Shown here: piece after piece, positions 23,721-36,700 of the stretch
How positions within the stretch are numbered: the first letter of the stretch is position 1
Layout of the letters: each line of letters opens with the position of its first letter
DNA from: Tubiluchus corallicola
Taxonomy: Eukaryota; Animalia; Priapulida
Reading direction: 5' to 3'
DNA length: 64,000 bases
Assembly: GCA_030141605.1 (NCBI GenBank)
Contig: JAQGDQ010000019.1
Span: forward strand, 1,240,001-1,304,000
Translations under genes and position numbers: made by a program
The notes under the pieces: generated by a model
Database searches by the model: none
What the model saw: the letters and a program-made list of their open reading frames with translations, nothing else
What the model was told of the DNA's origin: nothing

Positions 23721-24099
23721 GAATACCGTGGGAGTGCCCCTTACGTACATAGGTTTTCAGTTTTTCACGTACTTAAAAAACTTTTGATTCGTGCAAGCAA
23801 TGATGACAAAACTTAATTTAATTTCGTAAACCGACAACAAAAATTTGCTAGAAACTTATATTAGCGCATCTTACCAATTTAAAAACTTTACAAACGATCA
23901 TTGATCATCTATCGTGATTTTGAGGTCTTTCTTTAAGGAAGGCTGTTATGAGAAGATGCCAATTTAATGGATAACAAGGAAAAATAACAGGAAATAAAAT
24001 GGAAATAAAGGAGAAGAAATATATATAAATAAAGATTTTGAAAATAAACATGTAATAGAAAATTAAAAATTGGAAAGAAAAACAAAGAAGATCACTTTA

Positions 24100-24780
24100 A
24101 AAGGAAATAAATTAAAGACATCCAAGTGATATATGCAAATGCAAGAAGAATAAATTCCAAAAATGATACTAAAAAATATTAAAAGAAGCAAAACCGTCAA
24201 TTATTGCACTTGTTGAAACACAATTGATAGGACAAGAGGATCTGAAAATACCAAGGTATAATTACTAATTTTTATAATAACAGAAGAGACGGAAAAGGAG
24301 GTAGCTTCTTGACGTCAATATGAAGGAAAAAATCAGAAATGTAGTTATAAGAGTAAACGAAGAAAGAATATGCAGAGAAACATTGTGTGCATATACTTGT
24401 TAATAATATACTTGTTATTAACATACTTGTTAATAATCAAAGGATTAATTTACAGACAGATTTAACATTATTATCGATTATAAGGATCCAGAACAAATAA
24501 GAAAAGTATAGATGAAATGTATGAAAAATACATGATAATATTGCATAGCAAAAGGTAAATGGCAAAAATTGTCATTATTACGAGAAATTAATGCCAAAGT
24601 AGGCAACAGAATAAGTGCAAATAATTCAGGCGTAACACATGCTGGAAGAAACCTCATAAAATTAGTGATTCATGAAAAATTAATATTGGCAGATATTTGC
24701 GAAAGTAACAGGGCTGTGGAGTGTGAACAGGAAGAGTATGTGGAGTGAAACTTCAGTAACTGATTATATCACAAAATGAA
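24100..24780 (+). mobile_element. Decayed LINE apurinic-endonuclease fragment
   Basis: IQVIYANARRINSK, KPSIIALVETQ, RRDGKGG and an NAKVG remnant, with frameshifts. Confidence 0.65.
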
Positions 24781-25454
24781 AGGTGTTTCAGAGAGTTGTA
24801 TTTGGACAGCTGGAATTTTCTGCATTAGCCAATTACACACAAATGGTACTGTACGTTGTTACAATGCAAACACTGCAGTTGCTGAAAGCTTTTTAAAACT
24901 TTTTCGTCAAAAATCGATTTTTAATTTCTTTAAGGTAAACCAACACGTTTCCTGTATAATGTTTTACGAAAATCCATTGCGTGAGGAGTAGAAAACTTCA
25001 ATAAATTATCAAATATAACGTAATTGTTTAGTGAAAGCAGTTTTCCGTGAACTCATGCAAAATGCAGCAAATGCTTATGACATGAATAATTCAACAAATT
25101 CGATTCAATTGGAATTTTAATAATTATTTCAAACACCAATCGAATTCGAATTGAGTTTAAAAGATTTTCCACCAAGTTTCTGAACCATCAGTGAAAACTG
25201 GTCTTACAAAGAAGGGCGCCCACATTATATAACGATACCAAGTTTAGGATAGGCAGATGGCAGGAGACATGAAAATGCCATTATAACGCAATGAAGGTAA
25301 GTGATTTAGTTGTGATATCAATATCTGACTTCACACTTTTTTCAAGTTCACGCTTTTTTCACACGTGTGTGCCAGCAACTAAATGTGGTTTCTCGTTAAT
25401 TGACACAAGTGGTGTTGTTACCTGTCCTGGGGTTTGATGTTTCAGTCGGTGTCA

Positions 25455-25535
25455 GTGCGGGTGGCCGAGTGCTTAAGGTAACGGGTTATGAGTGCTTCTC
25501 TGCTTGCAGCCCGAGTTCGAATTTCACAACCACCT
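25455..25535 (+). mobile_element. tRNA-derived SINE head or tRNA pseudogene
   Basis: A-box-like TGGCCGAGTGCTTAAGG and B-box-like GAGTTCGAAT at tRNA spacing, but the acceptor and T stems do not pair, so it is not a functional tRNA. Confidence 0.55.
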
Positions 25536-25915
25536 ATATTGGCACGAACAGTTGTTATATGTGTTATATATTTGTGTCTCAGTGTTGTTGTATTCGTTAA
25601 TGTCGCTTATAGTAGCCTATGGCTAACATTGTCTGTTGTCCCAGTGACTGTAAATAAATGTCCTTGTCCTTTTTTGATGTTTCAAACGTTTTGATGATAA
25701 AGAACGTATGTGTTTGAAGCAGTGAATTGAATTCAATTTGTGGTAGGGAATGCTCAGTGCTGCTCACTCCTACTAATTAGTCTCGCTTAAGGTATTCTTT
25801 TAGAATATATGGCACGTAGCCGTATCACTTATCCCCGCTGTATAAACGCAAGTTGAATCAAACGCGAAAGTGCCTGGGTGACGAAGTTGCGATTTGCCAG
25901 GATTGGCACTACTGC

Positions 25916-26657
25916 TGTTGGGAGCCGAGTGGACCACTGCGCCAAGTAGACCAATTGGTCTACTTGGGCTGCCCAAGTAGGACACTAGAGACAGGTCGCG
26001 AATTGAGTCGTTAAGTGTACTGACACCGTCCGTTGTGCTTGTTTATGTAATAATAATAATTAAAAACGTTAGTACACGTTGAATAATTTATTATACATCT
26101 AATAAAATAAAAGAATTTTATTCTGAGCTGGTAGAACGGACAATATTAAATTTGGTTTCGATATTAATGTTGTTGAAGTGAAAAAAACCACTTTTTTGCG
26201 AATACAAAATTTGTTTAAGGTATATCATTTTTGATTTTGTCTCACTTCACAAACAGGTGATCCGTTTCACTACCTCTTGGGCAAATAATTGTTTTCTTAT
26301 AAGTAAACGTTCTAGCAATCTATGTGTCCTACATGGGCTAGCGAGCCATGTAGGACAGTGCCCTACATGTTACAATACTACTGATAATATTAAAACTAAT
26401 TATCCTTGCTTTTCTTAAATGTTAAAAATTGCTTTTTGGTGTTGTGAAAGCTTAGCAGCATCTGTCTTATTTTTAAATTTGCAATTATTTCTGTAAATAA
26501 TAAAATGAAGAAACTTTCACAGACTTTTCAAAAATTTGACAAAATTACCGATTCTCGACAAAAATCGCTAGTGTCCTACTTGGGCTGCCCATGTAGGACA
26601 CTACTTTTAGCGCATCAAGTGGTCTACTTGGCGCAGTGGTCCACTCGGCTCCCAACA
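25916..26657. mobile_element. Non-autonomous TIR element with TGT...ACA ends and 5-bp TSD (Ginger2/Tdd-like), copy 1
   Basis: Perfect ~38-bp TIR TGTTGGGAGCCGAGTGGACCACTGCGCCAAGTAGACCA. TSD ACTGC at 25911-25915 and 26658-26662. Confidence 0.85.
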
Positions 26658-28299
26658 ACTGCCATTGTTAATTTTGTCATTATTTTATGTGGAAGAAAAG
26701 ATTCTCTCAGTACAAAGTGTCAACAATTTGGCATTCATTCATTCAACTGAAAGAAACCTCTTCGGGCCAATATTTTGCTAGTGTATTGTTTCGTTAAAAT
26801 ATACCAGAATAGACAAAGTCAAAATGTTGAAACCATCTATGGCAATTTTACTTATTTTTCGTTCTTGTATCGTACTTCGGAGAGATCATGATATTGACGA
26901 AATAGCTTTTCAGTAAAAAGATTAGGCAGTATGATCTAAAATTTATGTTTATGGGGCATAGCTTAAAGTAAACTTATCACACGTGTCGATGTGGCTTTCG
27001 TGAAGCACGGCGGATAAAAAGACTCGTATTTTAACATAGAGGGAGAATTGATTAGGTACTGGTTTCGCAAACAACGAAGGAATGCTACCGGAATAGATGC
27101 AACAAATCAGAAGAAAAAACATATTTACGAGAAAGCTCGTACTTAACAGTGATGTGCAGTGGATTTTAAAACAATGCCTGCAATCAGCTAAGGGGATTTT
27201 CCTGTATTTAAGGACATTTTAGAGGCCTAAACTGAGATCTGTATTCTGATAGGTAGACATTCTCAAATGTCAAAAATGCTATTTTTAGCTACATTTATCG
27301 AGGTAGTATTCATTGTATTCTATTCCTAAAGCAAGTTCATATTACAATGTATGTGGAATGCAACGGGCCTACAGATAACCCATTACTTAAACAAAAGCCT
27401 ACGCACTCGGGAAGTTGATCTTATTATTATTATTTTTAATATTTAAGAAAAAATATTAGAAAGCTTCAGCAATAAAATTGTGCTAAGCGCCTTGTGTAAT
27501 TAGTAAAATTAATTTAAAGGACTTATAACTTCATGCTTGGGCGCGATTATTTTGAACGAAAAACAGCGTCATCCAGTTATTGTGCAATATAAACACTTAT
27601 CCCAACAAGTGCTTAAACAAGCCTTTCTTACAGCAGAAGTTTTTATTATCAAAGACGAACAATCCAAAACGTTAAGTGAGAGATCATCTGCCTTTAATCT
27701 ACATCTGTTTTTGCAGCATCTACTTGTATTATTATATTTACTTTCTTCAGTAGTTGCGTGTTACTACCTCTACTTTGTAAAACATTTGCTTTATCTATTT
27801 TGATAAAGGAAATTAAAATCTTCCTTGTAATCAGTTGATTAGCAAGATTGAGGTCATGTTAAGTATATCAACAAGAGTAGACCCCCATTGTTATGGTTTA
27901 GGTGGTCGCTTCTTTCCAGAGCAATTACAACCTGATGTTATATACTTGTTGTTCTTAAAAATATTGTATTCTTTTTATTTTTGCAAACATTTTTGAAAAG
28001 GTTACCAGGTAACTATCAGTTTATTGTTACATAAATATCATAGTTAGCAAATTTAACTTTCTCATAATTATCTTTTCTAAGGAAAATATTTTAGTGGCAT
28101 TTAACACTGTTAGTGCTTATTAAGCCTAATAATCTGTTATTTATTGGGTAATTGGTAAAACGAACTCCTAGTAAGTAGAATCAAAGAATGTGGATATTAG
28201 AAAATAGTCTGAAGATTTTTCCCTTACAATTACTGTATCAGTATAAAAATGAGTTGCTGTGTTTTAGTTTCATTTCTTTAAATATTACACCCTGTGTGT

Positions 28300-28557
28300 A
28301 TTCGCTTTGCGATCTGTTTTGGCTGTCAGATGGCGCCACATGCTTACGTTAATTGTGTCGTAGCTCTTACAGTCAGCGGAAGCGATAGAAAATATTCTAA
28401 TTTTAATTTGATCAGCCATTTAATACACTGTTATTAGTTTTTGTCACTGCTGGTTTTCGCGTATTATCGTTGGATTTTCAAAATCTCTATCGTGTGTTGA
28501 ATAGCAGTCATTTGCGTATCATGTTCCAAACACTGCGTTGAAAGTTCCTTCTACCGC
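28300..28557 (+). promoter_or_regulatory. Probable promoter / first non-coding exon of the ZNF318-like gene
   Basis: Locally CpG-richer patch, CTCF/YY1-like CAGATGGCGCC (28327-28337), ETS-like CGGAAG, and donor C|GTAAGC at 28558. Confidence 0.4.
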
Positions 28558-30464
28558 GTAAGCGTTATGGAATTCGGTAGTTCCATCCAACGTGCATATT
28601 AATGACTCACATGCAATTATTTCTTAATAATATTAAGCCTACTGCCTGTAAATGAACAGCTGTTCTGTTAAAAAAGTTTGATGCAATATTTACAAACAAC
28701 TCATTGCTTTTCATAAATTTGATTTTCATTGTCTTCCATTTATCTATGGTATTTACCAAAAATATTATAAAATATTTTCCCTATCATTTGGATATATTAT
28801 GGATTTATACTACTTTAACAATCACACTTCAGTGCTAGTTATTGAATTTGTTACTGAGTATATAATTATATTATCAGTTGAATTCATTGTCACACAAAAG
28901 TGCATGTAGGCACTATATCATAATATGAATTTTAAATTTTTTCTTGCTTCTTGAACTGCTGTAGTTTGGTATTTTACTGTATGTATTTTAGTAGAAATGA
29001 AGTGTGTATTTTAATCTAATGTGTTGTAATATTAGCGTTTAATTTTTATTATGAAAATGGCTGAAAGTGTAAAATATTAATTAATTTATTTATTTACTTA
29101 TACTATTTATTTCGAGCATACAGTTCACTGCAGTAAATTGTAAAAAATGCAAAATTATATAAAAAGAAATTTACAGGATTAGTACATTACACTGACACAA
29201 ATAAATATACTGTATATATAAATATTAATACATAGTTCTAAATGGATGAAAAAAATGAAGTATGTCCACTTTGAACAGTTGGAAAACAAAGGCTTTTCCA
29301 TTTTTAATATTTGTGAATATAATCAATATCCCGTATCAAAAGCATTTATAATATGCCTGTTTGCAGAGTGAGAGAAAAAAGAAGTGTGTGCGAGTGAAAT
29401 GCACTTTAGTTGTTTTATAAGGAGATGCATTATTGCCACGAAAACATTTTAGTAATGTTAACTGTGCATTAACGAAGCAGGGTTTATTACTATTGACTTT
29501 TGACAAGCAGTGACGACTGAGAGTAATGATGAAGTGCAAACACAAAACATTTGTGCAAGTGCCACTTATAGAAATTCCCAGAGAACAGAAGGTGCTAAAC
29601 AAATCTTTCACTGTAGCATACTAACAATAGGTCAGAGCTATCAGGGATCATAGGAAAATAAGTGAAACTTATTTTAGCACAGAATCCTTGGCTACCAATG
29701 TATTTCTTGCTTTTTAGGTGTGCTGGAAACAAAATTTGACAATAAAAGTGTTTAATATATATATCTGGAACTAGACACCTCTGCTAGTTTAGTGTCATGT
29801 GTTCTCCAGGTTCCTGATAATAAGGACCGGTCCTTGAATCAATTACATCTATTCTTGGGTGCTACTTCCCAGCTTTCATGATGCCAAACTGATATACTAG
29901 ATAAAAAACACATTATAAGGTTCCATACAATGGCAGCATTCATACCTGTTTAATAAAGAAGTAGGCAGCCATACTATTAGGGTTTGGCAAGCATTTTAAA
30001 ATGATAATTGTAGAATTGTATTAGTGAAATAACTGGGCCATGGGCCTACAAGTGCATAGCTGTTGATGTCTAACAATAGTGCAGTCTAAGTTCTTTAATG
30101 GTTAAATATATTATAACTGTTGTTATCTTTTTTGAAATTTGGTGCACCCTGAACACATTGTAAAAACATCTAATTCTGCTTATATAGCACAAGAAAAAAC
30201 TCTTCAATTTTTTTTCACATTTTGCTGCTATGTGATTACAACATGTGTGCACAATTGGAGATTGTTTCAGATAAGTACTGATACAATTTCGTTATAAAAA
30301 TTTCTTGCATTACTAATTGTGACTGCACTTGGACACGAGTGTAGTTAACGACACAGGGTTTATGTAGCATTTTTTATTGGCATGTATATGTTGTAACTTA
30401 TTTTAAAATAATGAAGATTATTTTATGGTAGTCAGTTTCAATGTGTTTGTTTAGATAGAGCAAG

Positions 30465-30797
30465 ATGAATAGAAGGCCAACACGTGGTCGGTTTCCAAGA
30501 TCTGGTTTCAGGGGTAGGGGAATGCCATTTGTTCCACGGCGAGGTGTTAGAGGGGTGTTAGCCAATAGAGGTGGTGGATTTCCAAAATTATCATCTTATT
30601 CTCATCCGCTTCTTGATGAGAGACGCAGTATATCTCCTGTTAGACCTTCTCATCCAGAAAGGTTGTCCAGGTCAAGATCACCTTCTTATTCTTCAGGACG
30701 ACGAGCATATTCGCCAGTACCCATTGGACACAGCCCACTTTCTCCAGAAGGTCGGTTTCAAGATCTTCCAAAGTCTTCATGGTCACCACAATCAAAA
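30465..30797 (+). CDS. ZNF318: ZNF318-like first coding exon (RG/RS-rich)
   Basis: ORF 30465-30803. Acceptor TTGTTTAG just upstream of the ATG, donor GTATGA at 30798, phase 0. Confidence 0.75.
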
Positions 30798-33700
30798 GTA
30801 TGAGTTTACCTAAATTTTTATATATGTATTATCATTAACAAAAGTTTAAGTTTAAGACCCTTGTTCTTGAAAACAATATTTCAGAATCCTGACAAGTATT
30901 TCGTTGTTTTTAGATGATACATTCCTTTGTTTGCACCAGCCATTCTAGACAAGAGGTTTAGGTTTACAGTTTAATTAATATTTGCATCAAAACTTATAAT
31001 TTTATTTTTATAGCATATTTGTATGACAGTAGACTTTATTTTATTGAAGTCCAGTATTCTGGTCGTCAGGTAACAATGTTTAACTTTCACATAAAATCTT
31101 GATGTCACGCATATAATGTCTTTGATCGAAATTACTAAGTATCATACAATTATTTCTTGTAGTCAGGTACGCATAACACTGATACATTTTCTGGAATAAG
31201 TGACAAATCGTTACAAAATGTCCTCTTATTTTTTCTATTTTTCCCATATGGTTATAGTTATACTGTATGGTAGTGGCTGTCAGTCAGCAAGTGTTTGTGA
31301 AACAAGGGCCAGGGAGGTGTGGCTTTGTGCCCATGTGATCTATATATACTGCATAGTTTATGCCAGTTATCAGCAAGCAAAGATTCCTGCATTACACATG
31401 TTGTAATGCAAGTGTTAATCTCGTGAGCAATCCATTGAAACCCCCTATTTGCATTTATGGGTGATGTAGGGCTTTGACACTATCATGCCTCAATAACGTT
31501 GTTTGCGAGCATGCACTACTCATACCATTGAACATAACTAAGAAACAAAATTTCTATTGAATGAAATGAAATCTCCCTTTTGCAAAATTTAAACTTTTCT
31601 CATTTGAACAAATGATCTATGGCTACTGCATTTGATATTTCAGCAAATTTTCAAGGGTATAATACTGTGTAGCATATAATAACTATTCAAAGTAGAGTGT
31701 TTTCATGAATCCGCTTTTAACTGTTGTATAAGGCCACTCCTCATAATTACGATTTGAGATGGTAAATTAACCCAGCAAATCACATTAAACTTTTAATTAG
31801 CCCTACATTGTGCACAGCAGCCTGGTAAGGAGACAAATAAGTAAGCCTGCTAGGTGACCAAACATTATTGCTGAAGGGTGGAGGGCATATACTGCTTACA
31901 AACATCAATGAATTTTCAAACCTATTATTGTCTGTAATTAGGGTAGGGCTGTTTAAGGATGGGGGAATATAGGCACTGATCAGTTGCAAATTTTGTATGG
32001 CAAAAAGACTTCACTTACAGACATACCAGTTTTTCCACATTTTGAATATTTCTCGATTTTCCCCTGATTGATACCATAATATAAAGGTCACACAAAATGA
32101 GATCAGATTGCAGTGAGATATAATATTCCCTCCCTTTGCACAAAATAGAATCACCCATCTAAGGTCTAGGCAATGCAAGTTGTCTGGCTATGAAGCACTT
32201 AGAATACATGTGCCCAGTGCACTTAGCTGCTATATTAATACCGATTTGACATAATTATGCGCAATATTGTAACTTAAAAGGTCTAAAGTAAAGTAATCTT
32301 TCTTCCCTTCCACATTCGAAAAAAGGTGTGCGTTTCCCAAGTGACTAAAATGTAGAGGTATCACCCTTTTAAAGACTTATTTAGTGTTGTCTGAAAGGTA
32401 TCTAAAAATTCTAGAGTGCAAAACAACACTAGGGTTATTTACAGCACTCCCTCAATCAGACGCGTAGCTGATTCTCCCTATTTTGGACACCTGTAATGTA
32501 GCAGTCATGTCTGCATGTAAGTTACACTACTACAACTTAGACTAAAAACCAGTAGGTAAAAATTCAACATAAAACCAACACATAAAATTTATTAAGCGGG
32601 AACACCTGTCATAGTAGTCGCTGCTTATTATGCAATGCACCTGCTAAGCTCGCTGCGAGTGTTAAATGCCGCGCTAGATGAAAATCGGGATAGCATGAAG
32701 CAGGCTACTTTTGTAGCAAAAAATCAACGTTCTGACCAACAATCAAAATAGCAAAATCGATTTGACTACTTCTCCAGGTAAAACAAAGCTTCCAGTCCCT
32801 TCTAAACTACATAGTTTATACATGGAATGGCAGCTTTGGAATCTATTTACTCTAAATGACATAACTTATTATAACAACAACAATCATTCATGGATTTGGA
32901 GGTGTTTTTGGCTGTAGTTATAAAAGTTTGTGATTATGACTCAGTCTTGCATTATTCGTGCTAATTTAAGAAGCTACCGCTAATAAGATCTATAGTTAGC
33001 AGCAGCGCCATTAATAGCAGTATCACTAGTGTATACATGCATACAGAAATTATAATCTCACGATTCTGTGTTAGAAGAGTAGCACACTCCAAAATAGATT
33101 GATTGTTCTTGTCTTCAATAATTTAACGGCAAAATTTTGTGCAGAAAAACCATCTTCTGCGAGGTTGTAGCTGCCACTTATATGAACTGCGACATCACTT
33201 GCACTAAACTTTGCTGACTTGCACATTGAGTGATAATAGTGCACCTGTCCAGCCACCCCTTTTACTGCAAAAAAGCAAAAATACATACAATTTGGTTAAA
33301 AAGCAGTTTTACATTATGGCATATAACCCTTAACATAAAAAAAGTTTTATAACGTTTCTGGCTTGCATTTTAATACATTATAGAGTGAAATCTTAAAACA
33401 TTGCAATACTTAATAGTGAATAGACATAATGCATATTATGCTAAAGGTAAAAATGTAAATTTGAAAAACAATTAACAAATATTAGAATTTTGAAATTATT
33501 TTATAAAACTCAAGAAGTAAAACTGAGAAATGAGTATTGACAATCAATGCCTTTTTCCATTAGCAGCTCAGACAATCTATAGTTTAGCAGCGGCTGTGCT
33601 GTATCTGATAAGTTTTCACATGAACTTATTAATAAAGATGTAAGTTTAAGAGTTGTATTAGCATCAAAAAACAAGTGCTCTTAGGTGTATATGAGCTTAA

Positions 33701-36700
33701 ATGTTTTACTGTCTTGTCAGTTACATTTATGTCAACAGTCAATATGATACCTATTGCCAGTGTTGTTAGCAATCATGCAAAAATTAATTGCTGATCATTG
33801 ATTATCAATTTTCAGAGCTGGCTGCGATCAGGATCATGATCGCGATTAAATAATTTAATATGTTACATACATAAATTCACAAATTAAAGCAAACCATATT
33901 TTTGTTTATTTTTATGTTTTGTTTATAATTGTGTTGTCATGAAGCCATGTTTGAGTTGGGTGCCTTTATTCTTGGTACAGTAACTTCAGCCTGCACTGTT
34001 ATAATAGCGATAGATTTTCCCATTGTGATCCTGACAGTAAGTAATAAATGCATGTTTGGCAATTAAAATAAAATATTATGGAAAACATTCAGAGTCAGAT
34101 TTCTGAAAATCTCTTTAAAGCTTGGAAAGAAATGATTGCAATCATTTGAGCGATTACACAATTTGATCGCAATACTCATTACTGATTGTGCAATAATGTT
34201 TGCGATCCTTCCTATTGCTGACCTTCGTTTTTTACAGGATACTGATGATACTTTACTAAGATGTGAAACAGATGAAGCTGAATCCTTACGAATAACTGTT
34301 GGTAATGAGCTATATAAAGATAACTTAAGGAAAACATCTGCACTGGAACGCTTAGGACCTCCAATTAACACACATGCAGAAAGTGACAGTTATCGAAACA
34401 GCAGAGTAAAGCGTACAGCTGGGAGTTTTGAGGGTTCTGAAGTTGAATATACAGAAGCAGGTGCTCATCTCCAAAGGCCTCAAAGCATGGAGACATTTAT
34501 AAAAGAATTTTTTCCTAAGTTTAGAAGCTTGGGTAAAAGTAATGAAAGGCAAAGATCGAGTGACAGATTTTCTGATGCTGCGAAGGAACTTTCTATTGAA
34601 AAGAGAAGGCAGCATCTTGACAGTGATCGTAGCCGCTCCAGAGATTTAAATGCTTATGAATGCAAATTACGTCACAGAGAGAGAAGTAACTCTGGAAAAC
34701 GGTATCGTTCTCATAGTAGAGAAAGACATTATGGTAAGAGACGTCGATATTCACGCTCCCGTAGCCGATCAGCGGATTATCACAGAAAATACCACAGGAC
34801 TGGTCGTGCACGTGAACTTATTGCAAGCTATAGTCCTGTGTCCTCGACTAAGTCGTCATCCTCATCAGGAAGTAGTTCAAGCCATAGTTCTAGATCAAGT
34901 CAATCTAGGCATAGATCTAGATCAGCTTCTAGATCTAGGCATGGATCTAAATCAGCATCTAGATCTAGATCAAGAAGTGCTGCAAGAGAGACTAAGCAGG
35001 AACCAAAGAGTATTTTGAAGAAAAAGAATTTGCAAATTCCACTTGAAGAGCCAAGTGTTCCAGGCATACATGTTGTTGATTATAGTCATGGACAACCAAC
35101 AGAGACTCAATCACTAACAGTTGTGGATGTTTTGAAGAGTACTAGTGCTTATCCGCTTCCACAAGATATAGAAGATGAAGAAACATTTCTGTATGGTAAT
35201 GATGATCCTAAAGTTTTTAATGAAACTTCTGGTACAAGTTCTTTAGTGCATCAGATACCTACAATTGATAAACATTTGATCAACCGTGAGTTTAGTTCAA
35301 GTCAGTTTGGCTCTTCTGGCAACCAACAAGCTGTGTCTTCTTCAACCAGTGTATTACCTGCACTTCAGCCTGGTTTCTCAACTAGCAAGTCTACAGCTTA
35401 TGCCCATTCACTTCCATTCAGACCACTACAGCATCATTCTGAACAAGGATGTACACAGAATGCTGCTGCACCACCAGAACCTCACTATGAGCCTGTAAGT
35501 CGTGAAACTCAACCAAGTAAATCAGTCTTACGAAACAAGCCAAAAACATCAGAAGGGAGTAACAGCAATGTATTGCAAGACATTCTTCAGTCAATAGGTT
35601 TTAACTTTGACAAATCACTTGAAACTCAAACAAGGTCTCAACAGCAAGACTCTGCTGATTTTAATCAGTCAGGATCTTTTCTTCTAGGTGGCATTGATGC
35701 TATTATCAAGGATGCTAGAAAAACTGCTGAAGAAGCAAGAATGCGTCAAGGGCAAAATTCACCAGCAGCAAAGCTGGAGAACATGTTTCCTTTTTCACAA
35801 AGTAATATACCTACAGGCCAAGATATGCCTTTGAGTTCAACTTATGAACCAAGCATACAACGGACAAGCTTGGATAATCCTACGAGTGCATTAATACCTA
35901 TAAATACACTAGACCAAAGCACTAGTCAGTATAGCAAAGCTTATGCAGACCACAGATGTGATTTTTCTGAACGAAATGTTTATGAATCTGTCCACCATCA
36001 TTACCAAGCAACTGAAGAGAAGCATTTTCCCCACTTTGATTCACAAAAAGGTGATAAAAGGTCACATGTAAATGAAGAGCTTAAAAGCAAAGTAAGGTTA
36101 AACGAGCAAAGTGCTACAAGCTCAGAATTGCAAAATGAACTGTTTGCAGCTGAGAAGAGCAAACTTAATAAAAAAAGAGCCAACTACATTAAACAGTTTC
36201 GTAGTTTGGAATCAGAGTTGATGTATTTGCGTAAACATCAAGGAGAACTAATGCGTAGAGCTCGCAAAAATAAGGATGGCCACAAAGACCCTATGATAGT
36301 GGAAAGTTCACGACTCATCAGAGAGATTGTTAAGCAAATGGACATATTAAAAAAAAACGTGGAAGAAAATGGAAGGCTACTTAATTTACAGGACCCATTG
36401 AGTGATTTGACTGAAACCTCGAAAGAGGAAAATTTGGTATGTAAATAAGTTATTTTTACTAAAACCGCACCCATACATTTTTGATTAACGTTAATTGCTT
36501 CTGATAAAACATTCTAAGGTGTTTCAGATGTAACGACAATTCTGAGAAATACAATTGTTTAAAGTAGACATTTTAGAAATACATTTACCGCATTTTTTCC
36601 CGCAAAACCATGCTAAAACAGCTTGCATGTTGTACACTGACTGTAGTGGCCTAATGTAGGAATTTGCATTTTTGCCACATGCAAAAGTAATTTTTGAAAC

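Noticed and set aside
25455-25535. Functional tRNA gene
   Set aside because: A and B boxes are present but the cloverleaf stems are broken.
34136-34237. N-terminal extensions of ORFs 34136, 37176, 40430, 40890 and 15224-15706 as real protein starts
   Set aside because: They run through intron sequence upstream of clear polypyrimidine-AG acceptors.
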